A stretch of DNA of 38,360 nucleotides from Promethearchaeota archaeon. Its GTDB lineage: Archaea > Asgardarchaeota > Lokiarchaeia > Sigyniarchaeales > SOKP01. The translations under genes and the position numbers were made by a program. Positions 18,810-28,115 of this stretch are shown in pieces. The stretch lies in the NCBI GenBank assembly GCA_048938025.1, contig JBHLMP010000036.1:1-38360 (forward strand), read 5' to 3'. The notes under the pieces are model-generated. The model saw only the letters and a list, made by a program, of their open reading frames with translations, was not told where the DNA came from and made no database searches. Each line of letters begins with the position of its first letter. The stretch's first letter is position 1.

Positions 18810-19490
18810 TTAATTAACAGCAACTTGGAGATAACTTAAAAGATCATCAATTTGCTTAGCTTTTTTTTTAATGTTCAGGACTGTATTAAGAATAACGATT
18901 TTATCCTTCCATATCAGACTAAACGTACCTGCTTTTAACAACATATATTCAAATAAATCCGTAATTTCTTTCTTAATCCTTAAACCTCTAACTGGAAATC
19001 GCTCAGTTGATAAAGAAAAAATGCCTTTCTTATGATAGACTTCGTTTCTCTCGATTTTGTAATAATCAAATCTAGTAGTAATAAAAATCAGTCCTAAAAT
19101 CAATCCTAAAATTATGGTCATTATCATATAGAACTCTGCCGGAAGTCCAAGATTAAAATCCTTCACAAGAATCTCTTCTTGCTGCAAAGTAGGAATTAAA
19201 CTAAAAAAAATAACTAACAAAACTACAATAACAGTAATGAGAATCAAAATTAAGACCCTATACGAAGGAAAATCTAATACAGTTACACTAAAATTTGAAA
19301 AAAATACCACAACCCAAATACCACCTAGCCATGGATTTAATTCCTCTAGAAATGCTTGAATTATCCAAAATAGTATCGATAATACAAATAAGGGTAAAAA
19401 AAATATTCCTTTTGAAAAATTTCTCAAAATTATTGTCTTTTTCTCCAATAAATTATTCTCTTTTTTGTTAATTTCTTCCATTTTACTCAT
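18810..19490 (-). CDS. 4-TM membrane protein with C-terminal bacterial PH-like domain (paralog B)
   Basis: RFDYYKIERNEVYHKKGIF...ERFP..GLRIKKEI shared with the neighbour. Confidence 0.7.
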   Translation of the reverse strand: MSKMEEINKKENNLLEKKTIILRNFSKGIFFLPLFVLSILFWIIQAFLEELNPWLGGIWVVVFFSNFSVTVLDFPSYRVLILILITVIVVLLVIFFSLIPTLQQEEILVKDFNLGLPAEFYMIMTIILGLILGLIFITTRFDYYKIERNEVYHKKGIFSLSTERFPVRGLRIKKEITDLFEYMLLKAGTFSLIWKDKIVILNTVLNIKKKAKQIDDLLSYLQVAVN

Positions 19491-19578
19491 TTTTTAATTT
19501 TATATAATCAGGAATTCTTTAGTTTTCTATATAACACTTAAATTAAAAAAAATTTCTATTCTTTAATTATGAATATTT

Positions 19579-20328
19579 TTAATAATATGAACTAATAGAT
19601 CTTACCATTCGATATGAAAGCTCTATTTGTTGATTTCCATTTTCACTAATACCCATATGTCCAGGAAGAAGATATTTTACATCTAAATTATTTACAAACT
19701 TTATCGATTCGATTAATTTACTTAGTGATCCTCCCGGAAAATCATATCTCCCAAAACTCCCACCTGTAAATACTAAATCTCCCGGAATCAATATTCTATG
19801 ATTTGGGTCATAATAACTTATCGAACCAAGAGAATGTCCCGGAGTATAATGAATCTGAAAAGTAAATCCAGAAAAAATTTGAACTTCTGTTAAGCCAATA
19901 AGATCAATAATTTCTAATGGTTCTATTTTTATACCAAACATTTCAGGTCCAATTCCCCATTCTCCGGGGAAAATTTTGGATTCATTACCCTCCTTTAAAA
20001 TATTGGCAGTATTACCGTAAGCGAAAATTTTAGGAGGATTTTCTTTCATTACTTCCATTAATTTATAGACTCCTAGAACATGGTCAACATGTTCATGTGT
20101 AAGATAAACCTTAGTTATACTGTTAGGATCTAAGTTAATTTTTTTCATTCCATCAAATAAACCTTTCAGACTTGCCCCATTGCCTGTATCAAATATAACT
20201 AATTCATCAGAATCTTGATCTACAATAATATATTGATTGCAATCTAGCATTTGGTTTTCTGGAAAATAATATAAATTATTAAAGACTTTTTTTCCTTCTT
20301 TTATTTTACTACTTCTAGGTATATACAT
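19579..20328 (-). CDS. Metallo-beta-lactamase fold hydrolase (glyoxalase II-like)
   Basis: FDTG, THEHVDH, TPGHSLGS, GDLVF, GRYD, PGH. Confidence 0.92.
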   Translation of the reverse strand: MYIPRSSKIKEGKKVFNNLYYFPENQMLDCNQYIIVDQDSDELVIFDTGNGASLKGLFDGMKKINLDPNSITKVYLTHEHVDHVLGVYKLMEVMKENPPKIFAYGNTANILKEGNESKIFPGEWGIGPEMFGIKIEPLEIIDLIGLTEVQIFSGFTFQIHYTPGHSLGSISYYDPNHRILIPGDLVFTGGSFGRYDFPGGSLSKLIESIKFVNNLDVKYLLPGHMGISENGNQQIELSYRMVRSISSYY

Positions 20329-20441
20329 AAATTCAAACCATTAATTAATAAAAAATTAAAAATCTTCTAACTTTAATGTTTTTCTGTTAAAAGATATAAT
20401 AAAATAATTAAATAAAAATAATCTAAAAATAATTAATAATT

Positions 20442-20822
20442 ATGTCTAAAGAACCCAAAATTGAAGATTTAAAGTCCAAAATAAGTTTTGGTATTAAAAT
20501 CTGGTTAGAATTCGGAAATAAAAGTATATTGGGTTCCGGTTGGGCAAACCTGCTCCACCATATAGAAAAAAATAAAGAGGGGTCATTGACTCAAGCAGCC
20601 AAAGAGTGTAATTACTCATATAAGTATGCTTGGAATATATTAAAGAGGATTGAGAAAAGAACAGGTATGAACCCCGTTGATACCAGCAAAGGCGGTAGTG
20701 GAGGAGGTGGTTGGGTAAAATTAAATGCATGGGGTAGATATCTTTTAAAGAGATACAATGAATACTTAGAAGAAATTAGAAAAGCTGAGAAGAGACTTGG
20801 TGAAATGATGAAGATCAATTAA
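20442..20822 (+). CDS. ModE N-terminal-like wHTH regulator
   Basis: KIWLE...LG.G...LL..I...GSLTQAAKECNYSYKYAW.IL..IE, GGSGGGG wing; no molybdate-binding (TOBE) domain. Confidence 0.85.
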   Translation: MSKEPKIEDLKSKISFGIKIWLEFGNKSILGSGWANLLHHIEKNKEGSLTQAAKECNYSYKYAWNILKRIEKRTGMNPVDTSKGGSGGGGWVKLNAWGRYLLKRYNEYLEEIRKAEKRLGEMMKIN

Positions 20823-20909
20823 TAATTACATTTTAATGTTAAAATTGATTATTTCTAACAAAGGATTAGAAAAATAATACTATTTTAAAAAATCATTAGA
20901 TAGAATAGA

Positions 20910-21338
20910 ATGGTAGAAGATCAATTATATAATTTCGGGGAAATTAAAGTATCTGAAATTATGGTTTATAATCCACTTAATGTAACTCCTGATGAGAAAA
21001 TCAGTACAACAGAACTTCTAATGTTAAGAAAAAATATTGGGGGTCTTCCCGTTGTAAAAGATACAATAAAAAAACAACTAGTTGGAATTATAACACAAAG
21101 AGACATCCGATTAGCTAGATTTGCTATGAACCTAGAATCTCCAAATAAAACTGTTAAAGATTTGATGACTCCAAGACCATTTGTTGTTAAAAAAGACACC
21201 ACTATAAAGCACGCTTTAGCGCTAATGTTTGATAAAAATATTGAACGTTTACCAGTAGTAAATGAGAATAATGAACTAATTGGATTATTATTACAGACCA
21301 ATATTCTCAAATCATTATTAGAACATCTAAAACTATAG
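20910..21338 (+). CDS. CBS-pair protein
   Basis: VSEIM...IGGLPVV...LVGIITQRDI; VKDLMT...IERLPVV...LIGLL. Confidence 0.92.
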   Translation: MVEDQLYNFGEIKVSEIMVYNPLNVTPDEKISTTELLMLRKNIGGLPVVKDTIKKQLVGIITQRDIRLARFAMNLESPNKTVKDLMTPRPFVVKKDTTIKHALALMFDKNIERLPVVNENNELIGLLLQTNILKSLLEHLKL

Positions 21339-21501
21339 GTCTATAAAATGAATATAGTAACTCATTTTATGAAAAATTTCTGTGTAAAAAGAAATATAAT
21401 TAAGAAAATTTTATTATTATAATATTATATTATCATTAGATTTAATGAATTTTTAATGATTATTAGGAAATTAGAAAAAAAAATAACATTTTTGATCTAG
21501 G

Positions 21502-23031
21502 ATGGCAATACCTTTACCCGGAACGCCGATTATAATTGATATTGGTTCAGCATATGTAAAAATTGGTTTTGCTGGAGAACCTAGCCCTAGATTTGTATTC
21601 CCATGCATTACTGGAACAGAAAAATATAAAGCTGTACTAGTTGACGTTGGAGCGCGCAGTATATATGTTGGTAATGATGCAGAACGTATGCGCGGTGTGT
21701 TAAAGATAAAATATCCGATACAGAGAGGCACAATTATGGATTGGGATAGTTACTATGAGATCTTAAACTATATCTTTTATACATTATTAAGAATTGACAA
21801 TCTCTATGAATATCCTGTTTTTTATACTGAAGCGCCATTTGTACAAAAAGAAACTAAGGAATATATAGCAAGAGTTCTATTTGAAACGCATAGAGTTAAA
21901 AGTTTAATGATGATGCCAACACCATTATTGTCGATATTTAGTGTTGGTCTTACATCAGGTTTGGTTATAGAAAGTGGTGATGGATTAACCTGGGTTGTTC
22001 CAGTTGTTAATGGAAAAATAGTCCATCAAGCAGTCCAACAGATAAAGCTTGCGGGTGTTGATGTTAATCAAAACTTAAAAAATCTATTAATGAGGGAAGG
22101 AATAACTATAGCATCTTCGGCTGTTGATGAAATCGTTAGGGAAATTAAGGAAAAAAATTGTCATTTTATTTTGGATCCACAAAAATCTCCTGCTGCAATG
22201 GATAAATTAAGTTATTCTATGCCTGATGGGGCGAGTTTAAATATCCCTAGTCATGTCCTCCATGAAGCTCCTGAAGTTTTATTTAATCCTAGTATGTTAG
22301 GATACGGTAATGTTCTAAGCATTCAAGAAGCTACTATTGCTTGTTTAAAAATTATGGATAAACAATTTTGGAGTGAACTTTTGTCTCATATAGTATTTTC
22401 AGGAGGAAATCTTTCATATAGTGGTTTTCAAGAAAGATTTGGATCAGAATTAGATAAACTGCTCCCTGAGTTAGGACGTATTCCTAAACCAGTGACTCCA
22501 ATGTCTGTTGTTAAAAGTGAATTAATAAAATTACAAGCAATGGAAATAAAGAAGAAAAGAGAAGATACTTGCCCTCAATGTGGAGCTTATGTGGATTTAA
22601 GCACTGGAATAGAATATTGCCCCTCTTGTAACGCTCGTATGGTAGTACCTGAAATAAAAATTGGCCCTGAACTAAAAAAAGAAAAAGAAATGGAAAAAGG
22701 AACTACGGTTAGATGTCCAAAATGCAAAAAAGAAATCAAAGATCCTACTTCGGTTTTCTGCCCGTATTGTGGAAGAACCATCGAGGAATTAGAGAAAGTA
22801 AGTATTCCCGAAAAAGTTCGCAAAAAGTCAGCTGCTCATGAATTTTCTGAATTTTTTGAATCTGCAAATAAGCTCCTTAGATTTTTTGTTCCCGATAATC
22901 TTCAATATGCAATTTTTAATGGAGCAGCGATTTTAGGTAGTCTCCCTAGTTTTTTACAACTTTTTATTACTCATGATCAATTCCAGTCTGATAGAAATTT
23001 ATTATATCGAGATATCAGCGAAATACTTTAA
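21502..23031 (+). CDS. Actin-family protein with inserted double Zn-ribbon
   Basis: IDIGSAYVKIGFAGEPSPRFVFP, YVGNDA, KYPIQRG, TEAP, ESGDG, LAG.D, REIKEK, PDG, PEVLFNP, SGG, GAAILGSL; aa ~323-456 insertion with 4 CxxC. Confidence 0.92.
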   Translation: MAIPLPGTPIIIDIGSAYVKIGFAGEPSPRFVFPCITGTEKYKAVLVDVGARSIYVGNDAERMRGVLKIKYPIQRGTIMDWDSYYEILNYIFYTLLRIDNLYEYPVFYTEAPFVQKETKEYIARVLFETHRVKSLMMMPTPLLSIFSVGLTSGLVIESGDGLTWVVPVVNGKIVHQAVQQIKLAGVDVNQNLKNLLMREGITIASSAVDEIVREIKEKNCHFILDPQKSPAAMDKLSYSMPDGASLNIPSHVLHEAPEVLFNPSMLGYGNVLSIQEATIACLKIMDKQFWSELLSHIVFSGGNLSYSGFQERFGSELDKLLPELGRIPKPVTPMSVVKSELIKLQAMEIKKKREDTCPQCGAYVDLSTGIEYCPSCNARMVVPEIKIGPELKKEKEMEKGTTVRCPKCKKEIKDPTSVFCPYCGRTIEELEKVSIPEKVRKKSAAHEFSEFFESANKLLRFFVPDNLQYAIFNGAAILGSLPSFLQLFITHDQFQSDRNLLYRDISEIL

Positions 23032-23221
23032 ACTTATAAATAATTTTTCCAGATTTCTTATACAAAAAAATCTATATATATAAATCTCATCTCTATATTT
23101 AATATTCTTTTACCTTGAAATTTTGACACAAAATCAATTAATTATAGTTAATTTTTAATTTCAAGTTAAATTTTAGAAATTAAAATTTAGTTATTCAGAA
23201 TCATATTAAGGTTTTATATAA

Positions 23222-24331
23222 TTGAAGAGTAAATATCTAAACCTAATTGTTATTGTTTTGGTATTTATATTTTTATTAAGTGCAATTCCTGCGGTTTTAG
23301 GTAAAACCCGTAAAAGTTACCTAATTGATTTTATATATAGTAATGAAATTGAAGGTTTTGGATTTTCAAATTCTAAAGATAATGATAAAACTGTTTCATA
23401 TGAAGCTACTGCTTATGCATTACAAATCTTAGATTCCTCTGGAAAAAATCCTCATGATGCATCTTTACTTACGGAAAATTTAAAAGAGAATTTAACAGAG
23501 ATATTTAATGAAGAACACTTTATTTATAATTTATACTTTTTATTAAAATCACTTGAAATTTTAGAAGGAGAAGTTTCCATTGATGCTGATTTAAAAGATA
23601 AAATTTCTGAATATCTTAATCAAACTGAACAGGTTGGAGGGGGTTTTTCTATATCGAATACTTCTACTTCGGCTAGTTTAAGTACGACTTATTTTGTTAT
23701 TCAATCCTTTTCTTTAATTAATGAATCTGTAGATATTCACAAAAATGTAACTTTACATAAAAATTGGGTATTATCTTGTAGTAATATTGATGGGGGTTAT
23801 GGTGGAAATAGTAGTCTATCCTCCACTTTGTTATCAACTTATTATGCTGTTTCGATTTTAACTAAGTTAGGATTCAGTGTAGATGACCTAGTTGATGTTA
23901 ATCAGACTTTAGATTATTTTAAATCATTTTATGTAAGCGATACAGTTGATTTAGATAATTATGGGGGATATTTACCTGATAATTTGGCCATATATGCTTT
24001 ACTAAGTAGTACATTTTATTGTGTTAATAAAATAGATTCAATTGATCCTCAAGACTTAAATAAGGGTCCCACAGTTAATTGGGTAATAGATCATCAAAAT
24101 TTTATAGATGGGGGTTTTGTAGATACCACTACTGGAGATGAACAAAAATCATCTTCAATTGTCAGTTCTTATTTTGCTTTCGAAATCTTAAACACATTTA
24201 ACTCTTTAAGTGTATTAAATAAAGATGTTTGGATGGTAGAGTTTAATTATTGGATTTTAATAGCGGTTTTAGGCAGTATTGGATTCGCTGTTTTTCTTAT
24301 CTATGTTATTTGGCGAAAAAGAAGAATATAA
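23222..24331 (+). CDS. Secreted, C-terminally anchored alpha/alpha-barrel (prenyltransferase/squalene-cyclase repeat) protein
   Basis: N-terminal signal-like hydrophobic stretch; repeats QVGGGFS, NIDGGYG, YGGY, QNFIDGGF each followed by ST(Y/F)Y-type helices; C-terminal TM plus RKRR; many N-x-S/T sequons. Confidence 0.75.
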   Translation: MKSKYLNLIVIVLVFIFLLSAIPAVLGKTRKSYLIDFIYSNEIEGFGFSNSKDNDKTVSYEATAYALQILDSSGKNPHDASLLTENLKENLTEIFNEEHFIYNLYFLLKSLEILEGEVSIDADLKDKISEYLNQTEQVGGGFSISNTSTSASLSTTYFVIQSFSLINESVDIHKNVTLHKNWVLSCSNIDGGYGGNSSLSSTLLSTYYAVSILTKLGFSVDDLVDVNQTLDYFKSFYVSDTVDLDNYGGYLPDNLAIYALLSSTFYCVNKIDSIDPQDLNKGPTVNWVIDHQNFIDGGFVDTTTGDEQKSSSIVSSYFAFEILNTFNSLSVLNKDVWMVEFNYWILIAVLGSIGFAVFLIYVIWRKRRI

Positions 24332-24428
24332 ATCTCTTTCATTACTCTTTATGACTATATTAATAATCTCATTTAAATTTAGGGAAAGTTTCAAAAGTTT
24401 TGATATTATCAATTAATTTTATTTTTTA

Positions 24429-25295
24429 ATGATGGAAAACAAAATTCTAAATGGAAGAAATTTAGCAGATAAGTTAAATTTAGAATTAAAGGAACAGATT
24501 AATAAATTTGTTAAAAAAACAGGAATTAAACCTAAACTAGTCGCAATCTTAGTTGGTGAAGACCCAGCTTCAGAAATTTATGTTAATATTAAACGAAAAA
24601 AGTGTGCTGAGGTAGGTATTGAATCTATCCTAGTTAAATTGAATAAAGAAATTTCTAATGAAGAGTTATTAAATGAAATTGATAAATTAAATAAGGATAA
24701 AACTGTTCATGGTATTATTTTACAATTACCTCTTCCAAATAAATTACGTGAGAGTACAAATGAATTCATAGAAAAAATATTTCCTCTTAAAGATGTAGAC
24801 GGTTCTAGTCCTATTAACAAAGGTTTGCTTTTTGATTATAATGAAGAATTAGCAGCATGTACTCCTAAGGGTATTATAGCTTTACTCGAATATTATAATA
24901 TAGATCTTAAGGGAAAAGATGTAGTTATTATTAATCGTTCCAATCTAGTAGGGAAACCACTAATTTTCATGCTTTTAAAACGAAATGCAACTGTAACGGT
25001 TTGTCATACATCAACGAAGAATATAGAGGAACATATGAGAAGAGCTGATATACTAATAGTAGCAGTAGGAATTCCAAATTTTATAACTAATGAGAAGATA
25101 AAAAAAGGAGCTATAATTATTGATGTTGGACAAAGTAGAGTTGGAGGGAAAATATTTGGAGATGTTAATTTTGATGATGTTCTTGAAAAATGCGCAGCGA
25201 TTACCCCTACCCCCGGAGGTGTAGGTCCACTAACGATAGCATTCTTGCTCCAAAATACACTTATTGCTTATAAAAAACAATTAAAAATTTATTGA
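24429..25295 (+). CDS. folD: Methylenetetrahydrofolate dehydrogenase/cyclohydrolase
   Basis: LVGEDPASEIYV, HGIILQLPLP, KDVDG, CTPKG, RSNLVGKP, NATVTVCH, DVG, TPTPGGVGPLT. Confidence 0.96.
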   Translation: MMENKILNGRNLADKLNLELKEQINKFVKKTGIKPKLVAILVGEDPASEIYVNIKRKKCAEVGIESILVKLNKEISNEELLNEIDKLNKDKTVHGIILQLPLPNKLRESTNEFIEKIFPLKDVDGSSPINKGLLFDYNEELAACTPKGIIALLEYYNIDLKGKDVVIINRSNLVGKPLIFMLLKRNATVTVCHTSTKNIEEHMRRADILIVAVGIPNFITNEKIKKGAIIIDVGQSRVGGKIFGDVNFDDVLEKCAAITPTPGGVGPLTIAFLLQNTLIAYKKQLKIY

Positions 25296-25399
25296 TTAAT
25301 GGTTTAAAAAGAAATAGAAATAAATATTTTAATTATTAATATAAAACATATAATCTTACTAAAGTAAGATCTTATACTTAAAAAAAAAATTTCTGAATT

Positions 25400-25855
25400 A
25401 TGGCTATCCTTGAAGTGGGCGTGAATTTAGGTACTAAGAACCTTATCGAAATTAAATACTATTCTTCCTCAGATAATGTTTTGGATGCCGATTTAAGAGC
25501 CGGATTCCTTTCTGCTTTAGAATCTTTCACAACTGAAGTCTTTGGTGACAATATAAATGTAGTATCTCTTGCCTCATTCAAATTAGTCTGCTATTCTGAA
25601 ATGATTGCTTTACCAGGGGATGATCCTAATAATAAGCAACCTATATTATCTTATGCCATAATTGAAAAAGAAACGGATGCAACATTAATTAAACAGTATT
25701 TAGCTGAGATTTTATCTTATTTTCTTAATAGATATTCTCTCAATGATATCTTTGAAAAAAAATATAAATACTTTAAAACATTTGAGAGTCGAGTCAATGA
25801 AATTTTAGGCGATTTAAAACTAAAAACAGAAGATAGATTCCGATCTATATTTTAA
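25400..25855 (+). CDS. Stand-alone longin-like domain protein
   Basis: beta-beta-alpha-beta-beta-beta-alpha pattern with LRAGFLSALESFTTEVFG helix typical of Asgard longin/roadblock-like domains. Confidence 0.6.
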   Translation: MAILEVGVNLGTKNLIEIKYYSSSDNVLDADLRAGFLSALESFTTEVFGDNINVVSLASFKLVCYSEMIALPGDDPNNKQPILSYAIIEKETDATLIKQYLAEILSYFLNRYSLNDIFEKKYKYFKTFESRVNEILGDLKLKTEDRFRSIF

Positions 25856-25876
25856 TTAACTTATAGAGGTTTTAAT

Positions 25877-27076
25877 TTGAGCTCTAATTTACCCCCTCAA
25901 GCTAAAGCCAAATATCAAGAGTATTTAGATGCTGGTTCTTTAGAGGAAAGAATAAAAAAACTCGAAGAATTTTTATCTTTAGTTCCTAAACATAAAGCTA
26001 CAGAAAAAATTGTGGCGCTAAATCGCTCTCGCTTAGCTAAAATGAAAAGTGAGTTAGAAGAAAAGCGCTATAGACAAAAAAGTATTCAAAAAATTATATC
26101 TCCCTTTTCAATAAAGAAAGAAGGAATTCAAATAATCCTAATCAGTGATTTCCATACACCTGGGGCTGGTAAAACTTCTCTTTTAAATTATCTAACTGGT
26201 GCTGCGAAAGATAAGATTGGTAAATTTACCCCAATTCCAGAAATAGGAATTTACGAATATAATAAAATTAGATATCAAATTGTTGATATGCCTTCAATAA
26301 TGGAGGGGGCTTCAAATGGAATCGGAAATGGTAAGGAAATTCTTTCTCAGCTAAGATCTTGTGATTTAATTTGCGTTTGTATTGATTTATCACGCAATTA
26401 TGAAGAACAAATGAACCTATTATTAAATGAATTAAATAATGCAAATATAAGGATAAATATTCCTCCACCACCAATAACAATTGAAAAAACAGGTTCTAAT
26501 AAAATTCAAGTCTTATACTTAACAAGTGAAGCAAAAAATATCGATGAAAACCTTGACGAATTAACTGAAAGAATAAAAGAAATCGTTCATGAAGGTGGCC
26601 TCAGAAATGCCATAGTCAGGGTTTATGGTAAAATTAAACTTGAAGAAGTTGTTGATGCATTAAATCCTTCAATAGTTTATAAAAAAGCAATTATAATTGG
26701 AACTAAGGGGGATCTAGCTCATACTCAAGAAGTATTTGAAAATTTAAAAAAATTATATTTAGAGACATTTCCAATAATCATTGGAACTAGTGTAAAAAAA
26801 AGTGAATTTCCAGATAACTTTGGCGAAATTTTACTAAAATATTTGGATAAAATAAGAATCTACACTATGAATTCTGGAATAGTTGCAGAAAAGCCATTAA
26901 TTATCGATAAAGAAAATGCTACTGTAAAAGAGGTTGCAAATAAAATCCATAGAAGTTTTGTTGAATTATTCGATCATGCAATAGTAATCAGAGAAGCAGA
27001 TCGCCAAAAGCGTAAAAAAGTAGGAACAGAATATCAATTAAAAGATAATGATGTTATTGAACTACACTTAATTTAA
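25877..27076 (+). CDS. DRG/OBG-family GTPase with C-terminal TGS domain (degenerate G motifs)
   Basis: NLPPQAKAK..EEFLSLVPKHKATE N-terminus; PGAGKTSLL; DMPS; TKGD; IRIYT...TVKEVANKIH...VG.EYQLKDNDVIELH. Confidence 0.88.
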   Translation: MSSNLPPQAKAKYQEYLDAGSLEERIKKLEEFLSLVPKHKATEKIVALNRSRLAKMKSELEEKRYRQKSIQKIISPFSIKKEGIQIILISDFHTPGAGKTSLLNYLTGAAKDKIGKFTPIPEIGIYEYNKIRYQIVDMPSIMEGASNGIGNGKEILSQLRSCDLICVCIDLSRNYEEQMNLLLNELNNANIRINIPPPPITIEKTGSNKIQVLYLTSEAKNIDENLDELTERIKEIVHEGGLRNAIVRVYGKIKLEEVVDALNPSIVYKKAIIIGTKGDLAHTQEVFENLKKLYLETFPIIIGTSVKKSEFPDNFGEILLKYLDKIRIYTMNSGIVAEKPLIIDKENATVKEVANKIHRSFVELFDHAIVIREADRQKRKKVGTEYQLKDNDVIELHLI

Positions 27077-27079
27077 TTT

Positions 27080-28027
27080 TTAATTTAAATAATCCTCAAT
27101 ATTGTCATTCATATTTAGGATTGATGAAATGGTAGTAGTAAGCTCCTCATCAGTAATCTCTTCTTTATTAATTAACTTTAAAGCTAAATCTCTATACTCC
27201 ATCCAATTGCTTTTTGAAGATATAAGCTTTAACTTAGTAGAAAACGAGTATAAATTAATATAAATATCCTTATAATCACCATCACGAATAGCTTTGGAAC
27301 CCATTCCTTCAATTGTAGCTGATAATGATGTTTTTACTTTGTTTAAATAATAATTCAATTTAAGCTTTGTATCCTTATATAAACCTTTAAGTTTTTTTAA
27401 TTCTTCTTGATAAACCATAAAAAATCTTTCATCTCTTAATCGTTCGCATAATTTAAGTATTCTTTCCGCAATTATCAATTTCTCAATAATCGCTGTTTTA
27501 TTGAATTTCTCAATAAGTAAATCTCTTTCTTGAATTATAATCCTTTTTTCTTGTACAGAAAGATCCTTTCTATGTGACCAAATAGTTTTTAGAAAATGTT
27601 CTGGTTTTTCAAGTAATGATGTTCCTTCTATTAATTTCTTGTTAGATAATATTAGATCTGAAAGAAGTTTATCTAAAATCTTAAGATCTTTTTTATCTTT
27701 ATCCCTATCAAGAATAATTTGTTTAAATTTTAATAAAACTTTTATAAATTTAGGAATTAACCTTGTAATGTTTCTATAATCTTGTTTATCAGCAAGAATT
27801 ACTAAATCTGCTTCAATTTCCTCCAAAGATGTTATATAAACGGTATAGTCACCTAACTCAATATTTTTTAATTCTTTTGAGCCTTCAAGCACTAATTCTG
27901 AAATAAAGCTTTTAATAGCTGAAAAAAAGCTACTAAATATTTCCATCTTTCCAGAATCAATGTCTTGGAAATTTTTTTCATAGATTAATGAACCGGAATG
28001 GCTAAAAAGAAATATAGAATAAAGCAT
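27080..28027 (-). CDS. Longin-like domain fused to helical C-terminal region
   Basis: MLYSIFLFSHSGSLIYEKNF...IFSSFFSAIKSFISELV...LKNIELGDYTVYI = longin pattern. Confidence 0.7.
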   Translation of the reverse strand: MLYSIFLFSHSGSLIYEKNFQDIDSGKMEIFSSFFSAIKSFISELVLEGSKELKNIELGDYTVYITSLEEIEADLVILADKQDYRNITRLIPKFIKVLLKFKQIILDRDKDKKDLKILDKLLSDLILSNKKLIEGTSLLEKPEHFLKTIWSHRKDLSVQEKRIIIQERDLLIEKFNKTAIIEKLIIAERILKLCERLRDERFFMVYQEELKKLKGLYKDTKLKLNYYLNKVKTSLSATIEGMGSKAIRDGDYKDIYINLYSFSTKLKLISSKSNWMEYRDLALKLINKEEITDEELTTTISSILNMNDNIEDYLN

Positions 28028-28115
28028 AAAATTTTTGATTTAAAATTTAATTTTCCCATCTTATTGAATTATGATATTAATTAATAAATTTTTACGATAT
28101 AATAATTTTATATAC

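Noticed and set aside
20329-20909. Molybdate regulon or ModE box near the ModE-like regulator
   Set aside because: No modABC/wtp genes in the window and no convincing ModE palindrome distinguishable from AT-rich background
4193-24331. A protein-prenylation system (polyprenyl synthase + Rab-like GTPase + prenyltransferase-repeat protein)
   Set aside because: The GTPase has no C-terminal Cys; the repeat protein is exported and lacks GGTase Zn ligands; the genes are not co-organised
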